The translations under genes were made by a program, and so were the position numbers. Shown here piece after piece: positions 13,146 through 25,642 of a stretch of 64,000 nucleotides of DNA (positions within the stretch are counted from its first letter, which is position 1; every line of letters starts with the position of its first letter). The stretch is from Gekko japonicus (taxonomy: Eukaryota), in assembly GCF_001447785.1 (NCBI RefSeq), contig NW_015169189.1, forward strand, positions 390,354 through 454,353, in the 5' to 3' direction. The notes beneath the pieces are model-generated. The model saw nothing but the letters and a program-made list of their open reading frames with translations. It was not told the DNA's origin and made no database searches.

Positions 13146-13415
13146 AGAAGAAGAAGAGATTGCATTTATACCCTGCCCTTCACTACCTGAAGGAGATCAG
13201 TTTACAATCTCCTTCCCCTTTCCTTCCCCACAACAGACACCCTGTGAGATAGGTGGGGCTGAGAGAGCTCTTCTGAGAACTGCTCTTGAGAGAAAAGCTC
13301 TGAGAGAGCCATGACTGACCCAAGGTCACACCAGCAGCTGCATGTGGAGGAGTGGGGACTCAAACCCAGTTCTCCCTGATTAGAGTCCATGCTCCTAACC
13401 ACTACACCAAACTGG
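13146..13415 (-). mobile_element. Squam3-like tRNA/MIR-derived SINE
   Basis: (AGA)n tail, ccccacaacagacaccctgtgag core, head accactacaccaaactgg; same family at 25361, 29736, 32168. Confidence 0.8.
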
Positions 13416-13451
13416 TTCTCAGCTGACACTCCTTTCCAGAGCCATGGAATC

Positions 13452-13765
13452 TAGGGCTGCCAAGTGGGGGCGGGTGGCGGGTAAACCCCCGCTTCGGAGG
13501 CCCGATTTCCGCCGCGGCGGAATCGGGCCCTGGGGGGAACTCCGCCCCCCGAAGCGCAGCGTGGCTGCATCACCGGAGGTGACGCAACCACGTCAATCAC
13601 GTTGGGGGCATGGCCCCGATCGTCGGAGGGAAAACTCTATGGTTTTCCCTCCAACGATCGGAGCCACGCCTTCAACGTGCTTGACATTGCGCGTCACTTC
13701 CGGAATGGCTCCTGGAGCCCGGCGGGCCTCCCCCGCCGGTAGGATATTTTTACTTGGCAACCCTA
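13452..13765. mobile_element. hAT MITE, CpG-rich with internal hairpin
   Basis: TIR tagggctgccaagt / acttggcaacccta; perfect TSD atggaatc (13444-13451, 13766-13773). Confidence 0.9.
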
Positions 13766-14179
13766 ATGGAATCCCTATCCAAGAGTTTTTTTAAAATGTT
13801 TCTTCACCCTTTTAAAACAAAGGCTGGCTCACTCACTCCCATTCAATGGAGTTCCATGAGCTTGGATTGGTTGACAATCGCTTAGATTTGGATGAGGCCT
13901 AAATCACAAGTTTTGGTTCAGAGCCTTGGAGAAAAGATGGCACTTTTAAGGATGATTGCCACAGCAATTTTACTTAGTTATGATGATCCCAGATATGACT
14001 TCCATCTGGTAGCTCTGTCACACATGAAGGTTTTCCTGCTTTTGCTGTGATGTAACCTGACAGCCAGTGAGGACCATTGCCATAATTGTATGCATATACA
14101 CCATGCTGCCCACATGATTGTCATTGATGTTGCTTTTGAATCATAGTAGGATGTTTATGTTGCATATCTATTATTGTTC

Positions 14180-16014
14180 CAATCTTCAAGAAAGGTGCCA
14201 AGTCAGATCCAGCAAACTACTGCCTTGTCTTCTCTTATTAGAGGCAAAGTTGTATACTTCATACTTGTAACTCAAATTAGAGGAATGGATAACCTCTAAT
14301 AACATCCTTGGGTGGGAACAAATTGTCTTTAGGAAGGGCTTCGTTCCTCAAGATCACTGTTTGATCTTGGCCCATTTAGTTGAAAAATACACCTCCCCAC
14401 CTAGAGGTAAACTGTATGTTGCATTCATAGATCTCAAGAGAGCTTTTGACACCATACCCAGTAGTAGATTGTGGGGGAAACTGGAATGTACCTCAATTGA
14501 TAAAATATTGCTCTGGCTAATAAAAAATCTCTGCGCCTCTTGTGTGGCTCAAGTTCGCTGTGGAGAAAATGGAGAACTCATGGAGTGCTTCTGTCTTGAT
14601 AGAGGAGTGAAACAAGGTTGTCTCTAAGCACCATTACTTTAAAATATATATATCAGTGATCTTACAGTTATTCTTTCTTCAGCAGAATCCCATCCTTTGT
14701 ACTTATCTTCAAAGGCACTAATTCTACTCCTTTATGTGGGTGAGGCTATTCTTATGTCCCACACTCAGGTTGGACTGAGAAGACAAGTCATTTTTCAAAA
14801 TATTGCAAATCCAAAGAATTTCAGATCAGTTATTCAAAGTCAAAGGTTATGGTCTTTTCTAAAACCAAGAAAATTATCTCTTTGGTCTGGACAATTGACA
14901 GTGCTCAATTAGAACAAGTTTCCAAATTTCCATACCTGGGTGTGGTTTTTAATTCTAATCTTAATTGGCAATCCCATTTTAAATTTTTACCAAACAAACT
15001 TAAACCTTCTGTGGCAGTGATCGAATGCTTCTTTTTCTCTAATGGAGGTAAATATATTCCAGAGAGGTTGCATGTGTTCAATTTGAAAATTATTCCACAG
15101 GTCCTTTATGGAGCCTCAATATGGATTCTCTGATTCAGTGTGGATTTAGACCCTTTTCTTTGCCATCTTCTGCAACGTGTCGCAGGAACTCCAGGATGTG
15201 TAGCAGGCATAGCTTTAAAGTTAGAATTGGGCTAGGGCTCTGTCAAAGCCAAAGCATGACTACATGCATTTAAACATAAGCTAAAAGTCATTTTCTCCTC
15301 AAAGAAGAATGGGCTGCTTTATGAGCTTAATCAAGACCAGTTCTATTCCCACTTCTGGGCATAGAATAGTGGTCACTATGGGTGTGTGGGGGGTAGGTAT
15401 TTGTGAATTTCCTGCATTGTGCAGGGGGCTGGACTAGATTACCCCAGAGGTCCCATCCAGTTCTATGATTCTATGGATGTAAGAAATAGAGAAGAAACTA
15501 TTTAGTCTTGGCCTAGCAAAGGATGATATACTGAGACTTAGGGAAAGCGAATCTCTACTAACTATTAAGAAATGTATAAAAGACCTAGATCACTTTCGTT
15601 CAGTTATACAAGCTTGAAGAGTATTCTCCACCCAGTTTTTTTTACATCTTTCCATCTCCAACCATCCCAGCCTATGTAAAAATTTTAACAGTTCCTTGCT
15701 ACTGTAGAGCATTTATGCTCACACTTTTGAATGCTGCCCCTTCAACTGTCCTATATGGGAGATATTGTAATCTGCCTTATTCGGACAAGCTTTGTTGATA
15801 TGGCCTGAAAAGGGTTGACTCCATGTCCCATATGATACTGGAATGCCTTTATTATAATTTCTATTGTGAGCGATGGATTGCTCCTATTTTAACAAAATTA
15901 TCTTCCACCATATCAAAAGACAATATAGTCCCTTATCTGATAGTGGATAGAGATCCAAGGACTATGCTGATTGTGACCAAGTCTCTCTCCACCATATTTT
16001 CATTAGAGAAATAA
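14180..16014 (+). mobile_element. RTE-X-like LINE ORF2 remnant (RT to C-terminal Cys/His motif)
   Basis: SDPANY, LYVAFIDLKRAFDTI, RGVKQGCL, FPYLGVVF, SHMILECLYY; many stops and frameshifts. Confidence 0.8.
15358..15476 (+). mobile_element. CR1 3'-end fragment nested in the RTE-X-like LINE
   Basis: gcagggggctggactagat...ggtcccatccagttctatgattctatg, the CR1 ATTCTRTG tail. Confidence 0.8.
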
Positions 16015-16099
16015 ATGCTCCTTTTTTAATTGCTCCGGATCATTGGATCAAAGGAGCTTGAAAGAAAGGAAAGGAAAGAATTCTGATACTGAATTTAAT

Positions 16100-16720
16100 G
16101 CCTCAATAATGACACACTCTACTGGATGTAAATTTGCTGCATAAGTCTTGTGTCCCACTTCTTCTTAAGGCACATACCTGCAGATGACAGTTTTATCAGC
16201 ACTTCATCTAGACCTTGCAAGTGCTCTGCCTCAGTTTCTCCTGTAATCGACATCAAGATATACAGACATGTGACATTCCTTGGACTAGATTGTCCATGGC
16301 TCTTTGAAAAATCCCAGGAGCCACTGCAGCCCTAAAAGAGAGCCTGTTATAACAGAAGCATTTCTTAGAAGTATTTATTGTTACAAAGGATTCTGAAGTA
16401 TTAACAAGGAAAATGTGCAGGTATGCATCACTTGACTCTGTTTTTGTTATGACTTTCCTAGCTAGGAGAACATATAGGTCCTCAGTCCTGAAGATTTGAT
16501 ATGTAAATAGTTTGAGTACACAGTTCACTGTGACTTTGTAGTCTCCACACTTACACTACTACCTGACTTGGCACTGGGCTTTTCAGGTGCTACCAGACTT
16601 CTAAGTAAGCCATTGATCTTTGCTTCACAAACAACTTAGTAAAATTGCACATTTTTATCTACATAATTAATATCATTAGCAAACTGAGTTTGCCTCTCTG
16701 CATACTGGACCTGGTCCCCC
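16100..16720 (-). mobile_element. Degenerate Gypsy RT fragment
   Basis: TINTSKKCFCYNRLSFRAAVAPGIFQRAMDNLVQG resembles Gypsy RT (Y.RLPFG..AP.IFQR.MD). Confidence 0.7.
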
Positions 16721-16812
16721 TGACCAGCTTCAAACTCCTTCAGAATTCCATAGACAGCTGTTTTGCACTTCTACTTCTGCGGTATAAAGAAACAGGCAAG
16801 GCTGATACAGCC

Positions 16813-17069
16813 TAGAGTTGCCAAGTCGCGGCGGGGGATCGTAGGTCTTCACAGAATCCTTGCCGCAGGGACAGCAAGATGCGTTGCACCCACCGTCCCC
16901 AGGATCTGACGCTACGGGCAACGGGGCTCCAAACAGCCCCATTGCCAGAGCGACGCATAGTGTCATGTCCTGGCGACGGCGATGCAACGCTTCTCTCTGT
17001 CCCCGCAGCAAGGATTCTGTGAAGACATGCAGATCCCCCGCCGTGATTTGGCAAGATTTGGCAGGCCTA
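16813..17069. mobile_element. Palindromic hAT MITE
   Basis: ~100-bp inverted arms (ttgccaagtcgcggcgggggatc / gatcccccgccgtgatttggcaa); TSD atacagcc/atgcagcc (7/8). Confidence 0.85.
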
Positions 17070-17537
17070 ATGCAGCCAGTTTATCCTCATCACTAGTCCA
17101 CATCAGCAGGTGAATGCTACACATCTGCTTTATTTGAACAGCAGCATTCAAAGCCTCAGCCATGGACCACCTTAGACTCAGGCCTCAGCTAACCCTGCCT
17201 TCCTCAGGGACATGGCTGGTGAGACTGCTCAGTAAAAAGTATCTGCCACTCAGCCACTAGGTGGCAACTAACAGGAACTGTATTACAGGTGGAATATGTT
17301 ACAACTGGAATAAGACTGTAGTCCATGGAGTCCATCCTTCAAGTCCTCAGCCTTCCCAACAAGCACTGCCACTTCTGAAAATGGCTGATTGGCTTTGATT
17401 CAACTGTGTAGAAGCTAGAGCATGCAAGATGAGAAATTACATTTGTGCAACAATTAACAAGGACATTTAGAAATTATAAACTATGCTAGTGCTTCCTAAT
17501 CTTTTAGGCTGTTTTCACATGAAGCTTATTTGTCATT

Positions 17538-17871
17538 TAGGGTTGCCAGATTGAGCAATAAGAAGGTTGAGCCTAGCAACCAGTGTGAGGGGTGGGGATG
17601 GGTACCTTAGGGACGTATGATATCACTGAGTCACCACATCACTTCCAGGGGAAACCCAGAAGTGACATAGAGTAGCTCTAATAATCCTAGACCTATCCTA
17701 CATTACTTCTGTGTTTTCCCTGGAAGTGATGTGGCAACAATGGTAACACTGCTGCTGGTTTTTAAAAAATTCTCACCACTACTCCAAGTGGCAGCAGGCA
17801 AAGAGACATGCCACTGGGAGACTCCCCCTCCCATAGTAGACCTATTGCAGTCCCATGAGTGGGCATCCCTT
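17538..17871. mobile_element. Older hAT MITE
   Basis: tagggttgcc...ggcatccct termini; internal inverted cacttccagggg / ccctggaagtg. Confidence 0.65.
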
Positions 17872-19326
17872 ATCTCTCTGTCTCCATAGTGTGAATAAAG
17901 ATATTTTATAAATTTGTTTAATGATATTAAGTTATACTTACTAATATTAAGGTATTGTCTATCAACAAATAAACAAATGAGAACTGCTGAGAGCTATGGA
18001 TTTTTTCTTCTTTTTATTGAGTGCTATTGAACTTTTCCAGTTATACATTGTTTAAGGTGATGGGCCTTCATCTTATTTATTCCATAAATATTCTGTTTTA
18101 TCCAGCTTTTGCACAAATATGTATGCTGCAATCAGGTAAAAACAGGATAAAGGGGCTTCCTACAGAGAATGCATTATCTCTCCTTAGATCAGAGATGTAC
18201 ACTTCTTCATACTTATTTGCAGACCCTTCCTATCAGGCAGAATGAATGCTCAAGAATACTTAGCTTTTTGTTTATTTAACTCTTCTTTTCCTAATTCCTC
18301 TGAGACCAGAAAGCATATGAAATAATAATGAAAGTCACAAAAAGAAAGTATTAAACATTCAGAACTCTCATAAAGATTTGATTCTTTAACCTTGGTAAAA
18401 GAGCAAAGCTCCAAAGAAAAGGTGTTAGATAAAAATACAGTACCCTTTAATCTTTGATTCCCTTATCCCCTAAAATAATGTCATATTTAAAAAAGTACAG
18501 ATTCTCCTAAATGGATTCTTAGGGGTTTTTTTAAAAAAATGCTGTCCTTTAGGAAGATTTTAAAAAGCAGTTGTATCCCATTCATTGTTATTAATCTAAA
18601 AACATTATTTAAAAAATATTGATTGCTTACTCTGTCAGAGACTTGGTGTACCTTTCTACCAAATCTTTCTCTAGAGATGAATTACCTCTATGAGAATTCT
18701 TCCCATTACTAGACAAAGGGGTTTGAAAACCCAATATAATATATTTTGTCAAACCAGACAGATCATATCTGCTGTTGTGATTGCTATATGTCCAGTTAGG
18801 CTTCAAGTGCTCTAGAAATGGCTGCACTGCTGTTTACACTCCTCCTGTTTTTAGCATCCTGGAACTCACTTTAGGAAATATTTGGAGGCCACTCTCTTAG
18901 CAAGAGTTTTGGTGCAATTGACATCTGAAGAGGCCAAATAAGAGAATACTAACTCTTGTTCAGCCATTCTAGTGATGCCCCTGTCCAGAGGTTTTTTTTA
19001 AAAAAATCTGTTTATCTGACAGTTCATTATTTAAGCCTAGCCTGTCCAAAGAGGATAAATATTATTTGGGAACTATGGCTATATCTTTGATGCAACAGAA
19101 GTATGCAAAATATAGGAAAGATTGGCTTGATAAGTGAAGCATGATACATTTCTATCACCCCCCCCCCCCAAAAAAAAATGTTCCATTTGGGTTTCTGACC
19201 ATTGATAAGCTTTGAAATCTCATTGCAATAAATTTCTGGAATAGGCACATGGAAACACCAGCAAAGCAGTGAAAATGATTGCTGATGATCCATTCTAACC
19301 ATTTGACCTTCTGACCTCTTCTACAG

Positions 19327-19454
19327 ATATATGACCAAGATGGGACACTACAGCACTTTATCGATGGTGGGGAACCTAGTAAGTCAAGCTGGATGAGGTA
19401 TATTCGATGTGCAAGGCACTGTGGGGAACAGAACTTAACAGTAGTCCAGTACAG
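19327..19454 (+). CDS. PRDM6: PRDM6 coding exon, PR/SET domain (128 bp; likely equivalent to human exon 4)
   Basis: ctacag|ATA...TACAG|gtaaag; translates [42 protein letters not shown](R), matching PRDM6 PR domain as I recall it; phase 0 to 2. Not in the ORF track. Confidence 0.97.
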
Positions 19455-19611
19455 GTAAAGTATGTTTCAATTTATTTTTAAATGTCTCTATTTACTGTAA
19501 TAAAAGTGTTTTGAAGAAATGTGTATCATAAATCTCTTCAACTGCTTGTACATGAGTACAAAGACACTAGTAAGGATTTTGTAAATGGCTTATTTTATTG
19601 TAGCAGCTGAC

Positions 19612-19850
19612 ATCTATAATATGTAAACGCCAAGCTGTGACAACTCACCTACTGTCCCACAGGCCACTGGGGAAGCTGCCTTGGTGTCCTGTTGGCCGGT
19701 GCCACCAGTTCCTCCATTCTTATACCCTTACTTTTGACACATTGCACCTTGGGAGTTGTAGTTCTCAGATGACCTTACTGCAATCATAGCAAAGGGAATT
19801 AGAACTACAACTGCCAAGTTGGGAGTTCCAAGAGGCTGTGGGGCATTAGC
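19612..19850 (+). mobile_element. Helitron-like non-autonomous fragment
   Basis: Starts atctataatatgtaaa; internal inverted agttgtagttct / agaactacaact. Confidence 0.4.
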
Positions 19851-19861
19851 AGGAAGTCAGT

Positions 19862-20166
19862 TAAACTGATCTCCAGACTACAGAGATCAGTCCCCATAGA
19901 GAAATGGTTGCTTTGGAGGGTGAGCTCTATGGTGTTATACTTCACTGAAGTCCTTCAACAAACCTGGCCCTCCCCTTAGTTTTGCCAACCTCCATGCGGC
20001 ACCTGGAGATCTCCAAGATCAGTTCTCCTGGAGAAAATGTCTGCTTTGAGCAGCAAACTCTATGGCATTCTACCTGCTGAGGTCCCTTCCCACCTCAAAC
20101 CCTGCCCTCTCCATGCTTTACCCCTCAAATCTACAGGTATTTCCCAACCCAGAGTTGGCAACCCTG
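19862..20166 (+). mobile_element. Two tandem partial copies of a hAT MITE (family of 37032)
   Basis: gatcagt.c.c...gagaaa.tg..tgcttt...ctctatgg motif twice; ends gagttggcaaccctg. Confidence 0.7.
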
Positions 20167-20687
20167 TAACTGGCTACAGAACTACTTTCCAGACCCTTGA
20201 AACCCAGAAAACATGGCATAGGAGGAGGTCTTTTTCTACCTTAGCTGCCACTGCAGAGCCCCAAACCAACAGAAGTCTGGGGTGGAGGGAACCATACCCG
20301 TTACCACGTGGCTTTCCTTTGATACTACCCACTCGGGGTAGCAAAATGACAGCCCTGTCTTATAGCTAAGCAGAAGGAAATAAACATGTCTCACCTCCTT
20401 CTATTTTCCTCCTCCCTCCACTGCCCCATCAGCCCAGCTAGGACACTCACTTGGAGCCTCTTCCTAGAGCTTGTTGTATTTCATACCACAGCAGGCCTTA
20501 CTCCTAGTTTAAGATATAAAGAAGGTTAGAAATTGTGAATTCAAGACAGAGGGCTGCAAATATATCTTTCCTGCATAGACAATGGCGGCTACAGGAAAAA
20601 ATGTCACAAAACTGAAATTCTACCGAAGAATATTTTAAAGCAGTAGTGCCCTGAAACACACACAAACAATAAAATTCTCTGTACATA

Positions 20688-20692
20688 CACAT

Positions 20693-20762
<70 letters not shown>
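20688..20762. repeat. Compound (CA)n(GA)n microsatellite
   Basis: Seen directly. Confidence 0.95.
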
Positions 20763-20763
<1 letters not shown>

Positions 20764-21484
20764 AGGGGTATATTGTGGATCCAGGACTATGCAGCCCTTT
20801 GTATCCTCAAGAGCTCCATCTGTAGGAACCTTAGCAACAGCAAGCGATACAGAATGGGGAGGCTCCACCTTGAGACAAACCCTTTATTGCATGAGAAGAA
20901 ATGCCTTTTACATGTGCAGAGGTTTCTTTGGATTCAGCCCTCATAGTTTTCATTATTATGAACTGGACATGCAATACAGGGTTGGAACTTATCTCCTCCA
21001 GATTTCATATTCAGAAACTGTGAGAAACTATTCACCAACTGCCAACTCTCTCACATTTTTTTCCTGCTTGTATTTTAAAGTACAGATAGAGAAGTCACTA
21101 GAAAATTGTGAAAATGTGTTAAAATGTGTGAGTTGTGAGATAAATGTATGCTTGAGACAGATGCTCAAGACAAATCTATGATTATGCTTTCCTAACCTCG
21201 TCTCAGACCAATCCCAAATGCCTTAAGTCATTTTACAGGTTTTTTATTTTCAATAGTTAACACAACTAATGGGAAGTTATGTGGCAAGAAGTAGTCCCTG
21301 TGTTTTTAATAAATATATTTTTGGCAAACATGGTTCATTACACCATACGACTGCAAAATTATAAGAAAGTACACCTGACAGATAGATCCCTTCTGTGAAG
21401 CTATTAAGTGTATAGGAGTGCGCTTCAAAGCCACATTTTGGCTACCAAATATAGGTAACAAGGACACTGTGTGATCCATAACAT

Positions 21485-21900
21485 ATTATTCATTTTATTT
21501 ACTAAATTTATGTCCTCCCTTTCTGCCCTTACAAGGCAGCTAATAATTTATACATACATAATAAAATACTTTATGAAACCATTACAATAACCCCCATCAA
21601 CGTATCTCATTAAAACAACTTTTAAAAGAATTATAAAATAGAGTTAATATACATATATAGAGAGTTAATATACATATAGAGTTCAGATTTTTAAAGGGAA
21701 ACACTTATTAATCATCAGCACTCAAGGGGCACAGTTATAAGGCAGTTCATTTAAAAGAAAGATGAGTTAATATACATATAAAACAGTTAAAATACATACA
21801 AAACATAAAACATTGGTTAGGAAGGAAGGATCGCTGACAGAATGCCAAATGAAACAAAAAAAGTCTTCACCCAGTGGCTAAAGATGTCAACAGAAGACAG
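21485..21900 (-). mobile_element. L2-type LINE 3' end hosting an inverted templated insertion
   Basis: attttatttactaaatttatgtcctccctttc...aaggcagct tail pattern; A-rich 3' UTR-like body. Confidence 0.5.
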
Positions 21901-22325
21901 CAACTTAGTACACATTATCCATCTTTTAAATGTTTGTGGCACTTCAACTTGAAAATACTGGAGCATTTGTCTTACCCACAATGACTGATAGGATAATGAC
22001 AGTGGAAGTGTTGTTCAAATACAGACTGAATTATTTTGTGGGAAAATCAAATAACATCAGAGGTACTTCTGGTAACAGATATCTACAAAGATGACCATGG
22101 CTAGTTCAAAGAACTGAAACAAAATAAGGTACATGAAATATTTTGAACACTTAAAAGCATTATACAAATGCTAATAATCATTGTCATCATTATAGCTGGA
22201 AGATTTAAGGTTGAATATAGATATATTTTGAGGTGAAGAACTCATCTTTCTTTTAAATGAACTGCCTTATAACTGTGCCCCTTGAGTGCTGATGATTAAT
22301 AAGTGTTTCCCTTTAAAAATCTGAA
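21682..22325. repeat. Perfect 87-bp inverted repeat (21682-21768 / 22239-22325)
   Basis: Base-by-base reverse complement, 470-bp spacer. Confidence 0.95.
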
Positions 22326-25300
22326 GCAACTGTCTGACACAACTGGATGTTATAGCGGGATCATGAAAAGAAGGTCAGTTCAGCAACTGCTGCAGTTTTA
22401 AAATAGAAAACTTTTTAGAACATAGCTTTAATTTTGTTTATATCTGTAAGTAGTTTTCATGAATGAAAAAGAGGACAAAACATATTGTAGTCGTTCATTA
22501 TCTACCTTGTTTCATCAAAATGCAATGGTCCAGTTATAATTCCAAGGATATGCTTTAAAATATAGCCATTTCTATTCTTAACCTTGTATTTTAAAAAGTC
22601 AACTTCAGTTATGATTGATGGCAGCAAAATACTCCATTTGAAAACAGAGTCATAAACGGAGCCTCATGTCATGAAGTGTGTTTAGTTAATAGTCTAGGTA
22701 TTTTTGAGACAATCACCCTTGCATCTATATACAATGTACCCAGAGTGCATACAGAGTACTCTGTGTAAGCTCCTGCATGTGTTAGTAGATCCAGCCAGTA
22801 TATGAATGGGAGACCTTTGCTTACAAAAAAGGATCCATATGCAAAGCTGCCCCATCTTCTGGTATGACCATATGGCATAGACAAGGAGCTCCTTGTACAT
22901 AGTGGAACCCTCTGAACCCAGTGAACCACTAGGTCTGGGTGTGCTTGTTTGCATACTTATAGATGAAAATCCACAGCAAAATCTGGCCACGAGAAAGTAA
23001 TTACACATCTGCCAATATTAAGTGGATTTTACAATTCTGCTTTCATGATGGAGCTGTTACTTACAGTTCCCTCCATTGGTTTGTTTTTGATTACTTCTGA
23101 TCTTTTAAAAATGAACTACAAAAACACATTAAAAAAAACCCCTGGCATCTATCACTAGGGACTACATCCAAGTGTAAGAAAATAGAAAAGTTGGACACTG
23201 AAAAAACCGTCTAATTTTTATTGTACATGGACATCCTCCTCACTAAAAGTCAGCTGGTTTAAATTCATTCTGTTATGATTTGTAATATCTAAATGGAATT
23301 TTCTTCAAAGAGCCCTTGATTGATTGACCCTTAGTTGAACGTTTTGTTTTTATTTTGAAGCTGACAATAATGTTTGTTGGCATGTGTTCTGCTTCAACTG
23401 CGTTGGGACGCCACGAAGCTATCTTTATGAGTCATCCAACCACAATACTAAATACATGTCAGCAAAGGAAATATTATCCGAAAGAGGAAAAATCCCTTTG
23501 ATGTACTTCAGCATGCAGAGATTTCTGCAAGTTTTGGAAGCTCTGAACGCTTGTAAGGAATGGTGTATGCTTACACTTTTTTTTCTTTTTTGGCCTACTC
23601 CAAGCCTCTGAGACCACCCATTGCTCAAAAACAGTTCAGTTCTTTCAGCGGCAAAGTGTGTCATTGGGTTTTAGCACATTCATTTGCTGGGCTGCTGTGT
23701 TTATGTTAGGGGAAGCCAAACAGAGAGATGAAAAGTTACAAGGGTGAAGTACAAAGTAGACTCAATTTTTTTCAGAGTCAGGAGATGCGGGTGATTTATA
23801 GTACTGCCCTGATTTTGATTTTTATGTAATGGTGGAAAGAATTAATAAAATGTACAGCATGGGTGGAAATAGATGGTGGGGTGGAGAAAGAGGGCAGGAA
23901 AGAGACGAAGGCAGGAGTTTTTGTCAGATATTCATAGAATGTTAGGAAAAAGCATTCTGCTTAGCCAGCAGTGCCCTCCTGAGACAGGGTGGCAGTAAGC
24001 GAGGAAAATAACAAGATAAATGAAATTTTTGCAGCTGCTTGTAAAATATTGAGAATCTGCACTTTTTTATTGATCTTTATGATCCTGTTGCCAAGAGCCA
24101 CTTTGCGGTGACAAAATATGTTGACAAGTGCATATCTCACTGCCATGAAAAATGTGGTTCCGGATTCTCCTTATGTCGGCAGTGTTATACAAGAAACAAA
24201 TTGCACCTCTACAGCCAATTCTTTACAGAGAAGCTGAATTTAAGGCCTACCAACCCAGCACACTTTTATCTCTAACTTCAGGCTAATATTTGTAGCAATT
24301 CTTCACTGCAGAAACCAGTTGAGATTCAACTTCTTTTTTTAAAAAAAAACAACAACAACCATATATGTCTCTGCACCTTGCACAAGACATTAAAAAAGGT
24401 CATTTCTTACTACTGTGACTGTATCGTTTTAGCTGGTGATATTTCAGCCCAAATGGAATGTTCATTTTGTGTTTATTGAATTGCTATTTATCTCATATAA
24501 GCATGTTTTACTTTACTGTATCAGGCTTAAGCGTCAAGCCACTACACAATGATAACTTTTTTTAGTCCAGCTCCTAAATGCCTGACTCTGATCTCACATT
24601 AGTTTTCCCTGTGCTTGAAACTTCAGATTATTGTTTCTGATTTATATGCTTCTATCTGGAAAAAACACAGAATTTCATCAAAATGATATGTCAGAACAAT
24701 GGACAAATAGGTGGATAGGTAACAAATGCCTAGATAATTAATACTTACTATGACCCCCTTTACTGTGAAACGTGGGGAATAATTTTGAAATGTTGGAATA
24801 TAATGGCACACATAAGTCTTTTTTGTTGGTCTTGGCATTGTACATGGCAGCTTTTATTATTTCTGTTAATATTTTCCAAGCTGATCGTGTATCGAAATAA
24901 ATAGACTAAACTGACAACTTACTACAACCTTCATACAGCTATCCCTGGATCCTGTGTTACAACCCTTAGTTATCAGTGGTTTGGCTCAGACATGTAAAAC
25001 CATGGTTTAATTTAACTAACTATAGTCAGGGATGAAAGTAGCTCAGAATGAAACAGTACTGAGTACCTGTAAGAAAGCGACCAAAGTGGAATCTCCCATG
25101 TTCTGCTTCAAGACCTCCAAGAGAGAAAGTATCAGGGACAAACAAAATATAGCATTAAGTGATTATCAGAGAGCTGAATCCTATTTCACGTAACATATAG
25201 TTAAAGTTTTGCATTATTGCTGAAAAATAAAATAGTCCATTAAACTGACCAACATGTCTACCCTCCTAAATGTTCCAGTGTCTGTTTAGGATCTGGGAAA

Positions 25301-25360
25301 TCACGGTTCAAATCCCCACTGTGCAATGGGAGTTTTCCCTATACCACTGATTTTAATTTA

Positions 25361-25642
25361 GAAGAAGAAAAAGAAGAAGAGATTGGATTTATACCCCGCC
25401 TTTCACTTGGAGTCTCTGAGCGGCTTACAAACTCCTTTCCCTTCCCCTCCCCACAACAGACACCCTGTGAAGTGGGTGGGGCTGAGAGAACTCTGACACA
25501 AACTGCTCTTTTTCAAGGACAGCTGTGCCAGAGCTTGTGACTGACCCAAGGTCACATCAGCAGGTGCAAGTGGAGGAGTGGGGAATCAAACCCGGTTCTC
25601 CCAGATTAGAGTCCACACACTTAACCACTACACCAAACTGGC
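25361..25642 (-). mobile_element. Squam3-like SINE
   Basis: Same head, core and (AGA)n tail as 13146. Confidence 0.8.

Noticed and set aside
12615-17287. One large Gypsy element bounded by the two similar LTR-like pieces
   Set aside because: No PPT, PBS or TSD identifiable; could be independent relics.
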